Below, in pieces: positions 61,980 through 64,000 of a DNA stretch of 64,000 bases. Under the pieces are notes generated by a model. It saw only the letters and a program-made list of their open reading frames with translations, made no database searches and was not told where the DNA came from. Location of the stretch: assembly GCA_002269645.1 (NCBI GenBank), contig NIVC01000051.1:496001-560000 (forward strand). The letters are read 5' to 3'. The position numbers were made by a program, and so were the translations under genes. Position 1 is the first letter of the stretch. Every line of letters starts with the position of its first letter. This stretch comes from Macrostomum lignano. Lineage: Eukaryota.

Positions 61980-63526
61980 GACAATGTAGGATTCGGATGC
62001 TTTTAAATAGAACTATAGTGCGCTAGAAATAACTACTGGAGGTGCATTTTGTAATAAAACCTATTCAGTCAGCAGCTTGAGGACTCTCCTTTGCTCTATA
62101 TTTATAGTCAAGAACGAGTCTACATGATTGCTACTCTCTCGGATTGACAGAATAATTGCGTTGACCTGCAGATCAGAGAACACTTGTCGCTGAACTGTCA
62201 GTCAGAACTAATTCTCAGTTGAAAGCTTCAAATTGCATGGTGACAAGGGTATATTTAGGCGAATTAAAATCGATCTGTTTAGGTATAAAACACCAAAAAA
62301 GCATTCGAAATAGGGGTTGTAATGCACGCAACACAATGTAACACAACCTTATACGAAATGTATACTTTTAATTTTCATATATCAAATTTCGCGTATCAGT
62401 TGAAGCACTTACTGGATAATAAAGTGTGGGTCAGCTCGAGTAAAATGTATTATGAAACAACCCGTCTTAGTCAGCTTTTAGGCGTTACTCTGTAGTAGCA
62501 AAGTCTATAAGAGAAAAAATGGCTCAACTCAACACAAAAATGTATTGCATTGCAATCACACAGGTATGGTTAAGTAAAATCAAAACGCTCGTAGCTATAC
62601 TTAATTATTGTGTATCCAATATTGGACTTAAACTTCAGAGATTGCATTCCCAGTATGCGTAAGCCATTAACAGATTGGGATAAGATTTCTGCCTTTAGCA
62701 GGTGATTGGTGTGAAAATTAAAAAAAAAGTTTTAAACAAAAATTGAATATAACTTCATACGAGCATTTTAATACATAATGTTCAATGTGACTAAAAGGGT
62801 ATGTTCAACTTCGGGCCAAACTGACTGCAGTATCGATAATTACCGGATTGGTTGAAAAAAGTTCCACCGAAACATCCTATCGAGGTTTTTTCAAGGGAAT
62901 TTCCCTTTGAAAGGGAATACAATGGGATTCCATGTCTAGTCGTGGCTCTAGAATACAACTTGTTATAATCTCTCAATATCGCACGTACACATACATACCG
63001 ATAAACCAATGCAGTTGACAGATTTTATATTTTTCTTAATTGTTAGGAATCTGTCTCAGATCCGAGATCTGTAATTTGGCATTTTCTATTCGTAAACTAC
63101 AATAGTAACTTTCTGCTTGGACTCAACCTCAGGGGCATCAGAGCGGTAACCATGGCCGTCTCAGGTCATGGATGCGTTGCTAAGCATCGCTACCCTCAGG
63201 TGAAATCAATTACGCCTCTCTATCTTCATCTGTGACTGGACAGGCTTTTTTAGGACAGGCTCACCTACCTCGGGCCTAACCAGAATTCCACTCCGACATT
63301 TTCAACCTAGAGCGTTCCTGTCAGTTCGTCCACTACCTAAATCCTAAATCCACCTTCTGGACTCTACGGGAAGGTGCGCTGCGGATCGACTAGAAGATCT
63401 TCCTGCGCGACACCGCAGCACTACCTTTTAACTTCCCAGTTACATTTTCAGTTATTAATAAAATAGCAAAACAATACTAGCTTAAGTGTATGTTTTACGC
63501 TGGAGGCTGTAATAAAAAAACACGAG

Positions 63527-63970
63527 TCAGCCCTTTGACGTTCCGCCGCCGCCGCCGTTACGCCGATATGATAGCTCGCGCCTCACGGCTGCGGCAATGG
63601 AAGCGCAGACTTCGTTCGGCTTCTCATGGTAGAAACTGATCAAACGCTTCAATAAGAAGCTGGACTCCACAGCCTGCTTGCTGGTGTCGACTTTGGCAAG
63701 ATTGTTGATCCGAGATCGTCTTAGTTTGAGATCGTCAAGGTTCAGCAGCTGACGGCACTCTGCTGGATTTCCAGGCGACAGCAACACTAACAAACTGAGG
63801 TCCAGTAGAATCAGGTGATGCTGCTGAGATTGAGAACCGCTTCCATCCTGATGCTTCAGCATGGAGCGCTTTGGTTTGCCAATCATAGCTTTGAAGTTGA
63901 TTGCTGGCTCGTGCAGTAGGTCAAATAGTAGCAACTTGCGGGTCGGAACTTTACTGCCGCATTCGCAGAC
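63527..63970 (-). CDS. Probable last exon of an unidentified gene extending beyond the window
   Basis: Open frame from an acceptor-like atag|GTC TGC GAA to a TGA at 63527, with coding-like composition; no family recognised. Confidence 0.5.
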   Translation of the reverse strand, partial: VCECGSKVPTRKLLLFDLLHEPAINFKAMIGKPKRSMLKHQDGSGSQSQQHHLILLDLSLLVLLSPGNPAECRQLLNLDDLKLRRSRINNLAKVDTSKQAVESSFLLKRLISFYHEKPNEVCASIAAAVRRELSYRRNGGGGGTSKG

Positions 63971-64000
63971 CTATATTGTTAGTCAAAATCTTTTTTTAAT

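Overview
Eukaryotic, intron-rich animal genomic DNA. A free-living flatworm such as Macrostomum is my guess from the sequence style (GC/Ala-rich exons, AT-rich introns, many minisatellites); this is inference only. 1-27 kb: four tightly packed minus-strand genes, CDK7 > FANCI > CYBA (p22phox) > COG7 (3' end not in the window). Almost every intron and spacer holds its own tandem repeat, and FANCI intron 3 holds a truncated Penelope-like element with two inverted hammerhead ribozyme motifs. 27-46 kb: transposon graveyard. It has a MITE family (TIR CATACATGCGCAAC, 8-bp TSD) and a decayed Ty3/gypsy element whose 3' LTR is split by a Helitron-like element and two TIR elements; all three empty sites can be read in the 5' LTR. 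LINE fragments are also present. 46-64 kb: a secreted fibrinogen-related gene, two tandem tryptophan hydroxylase paralogs that are near-identical in three central exons but highly diverged elsewhere, a young internally deleted gypsy element in an intron of one paralog, and the last exon of an unidentified gene. Exon coordinates come from manual splice-site and frame analysis; no database search was run.
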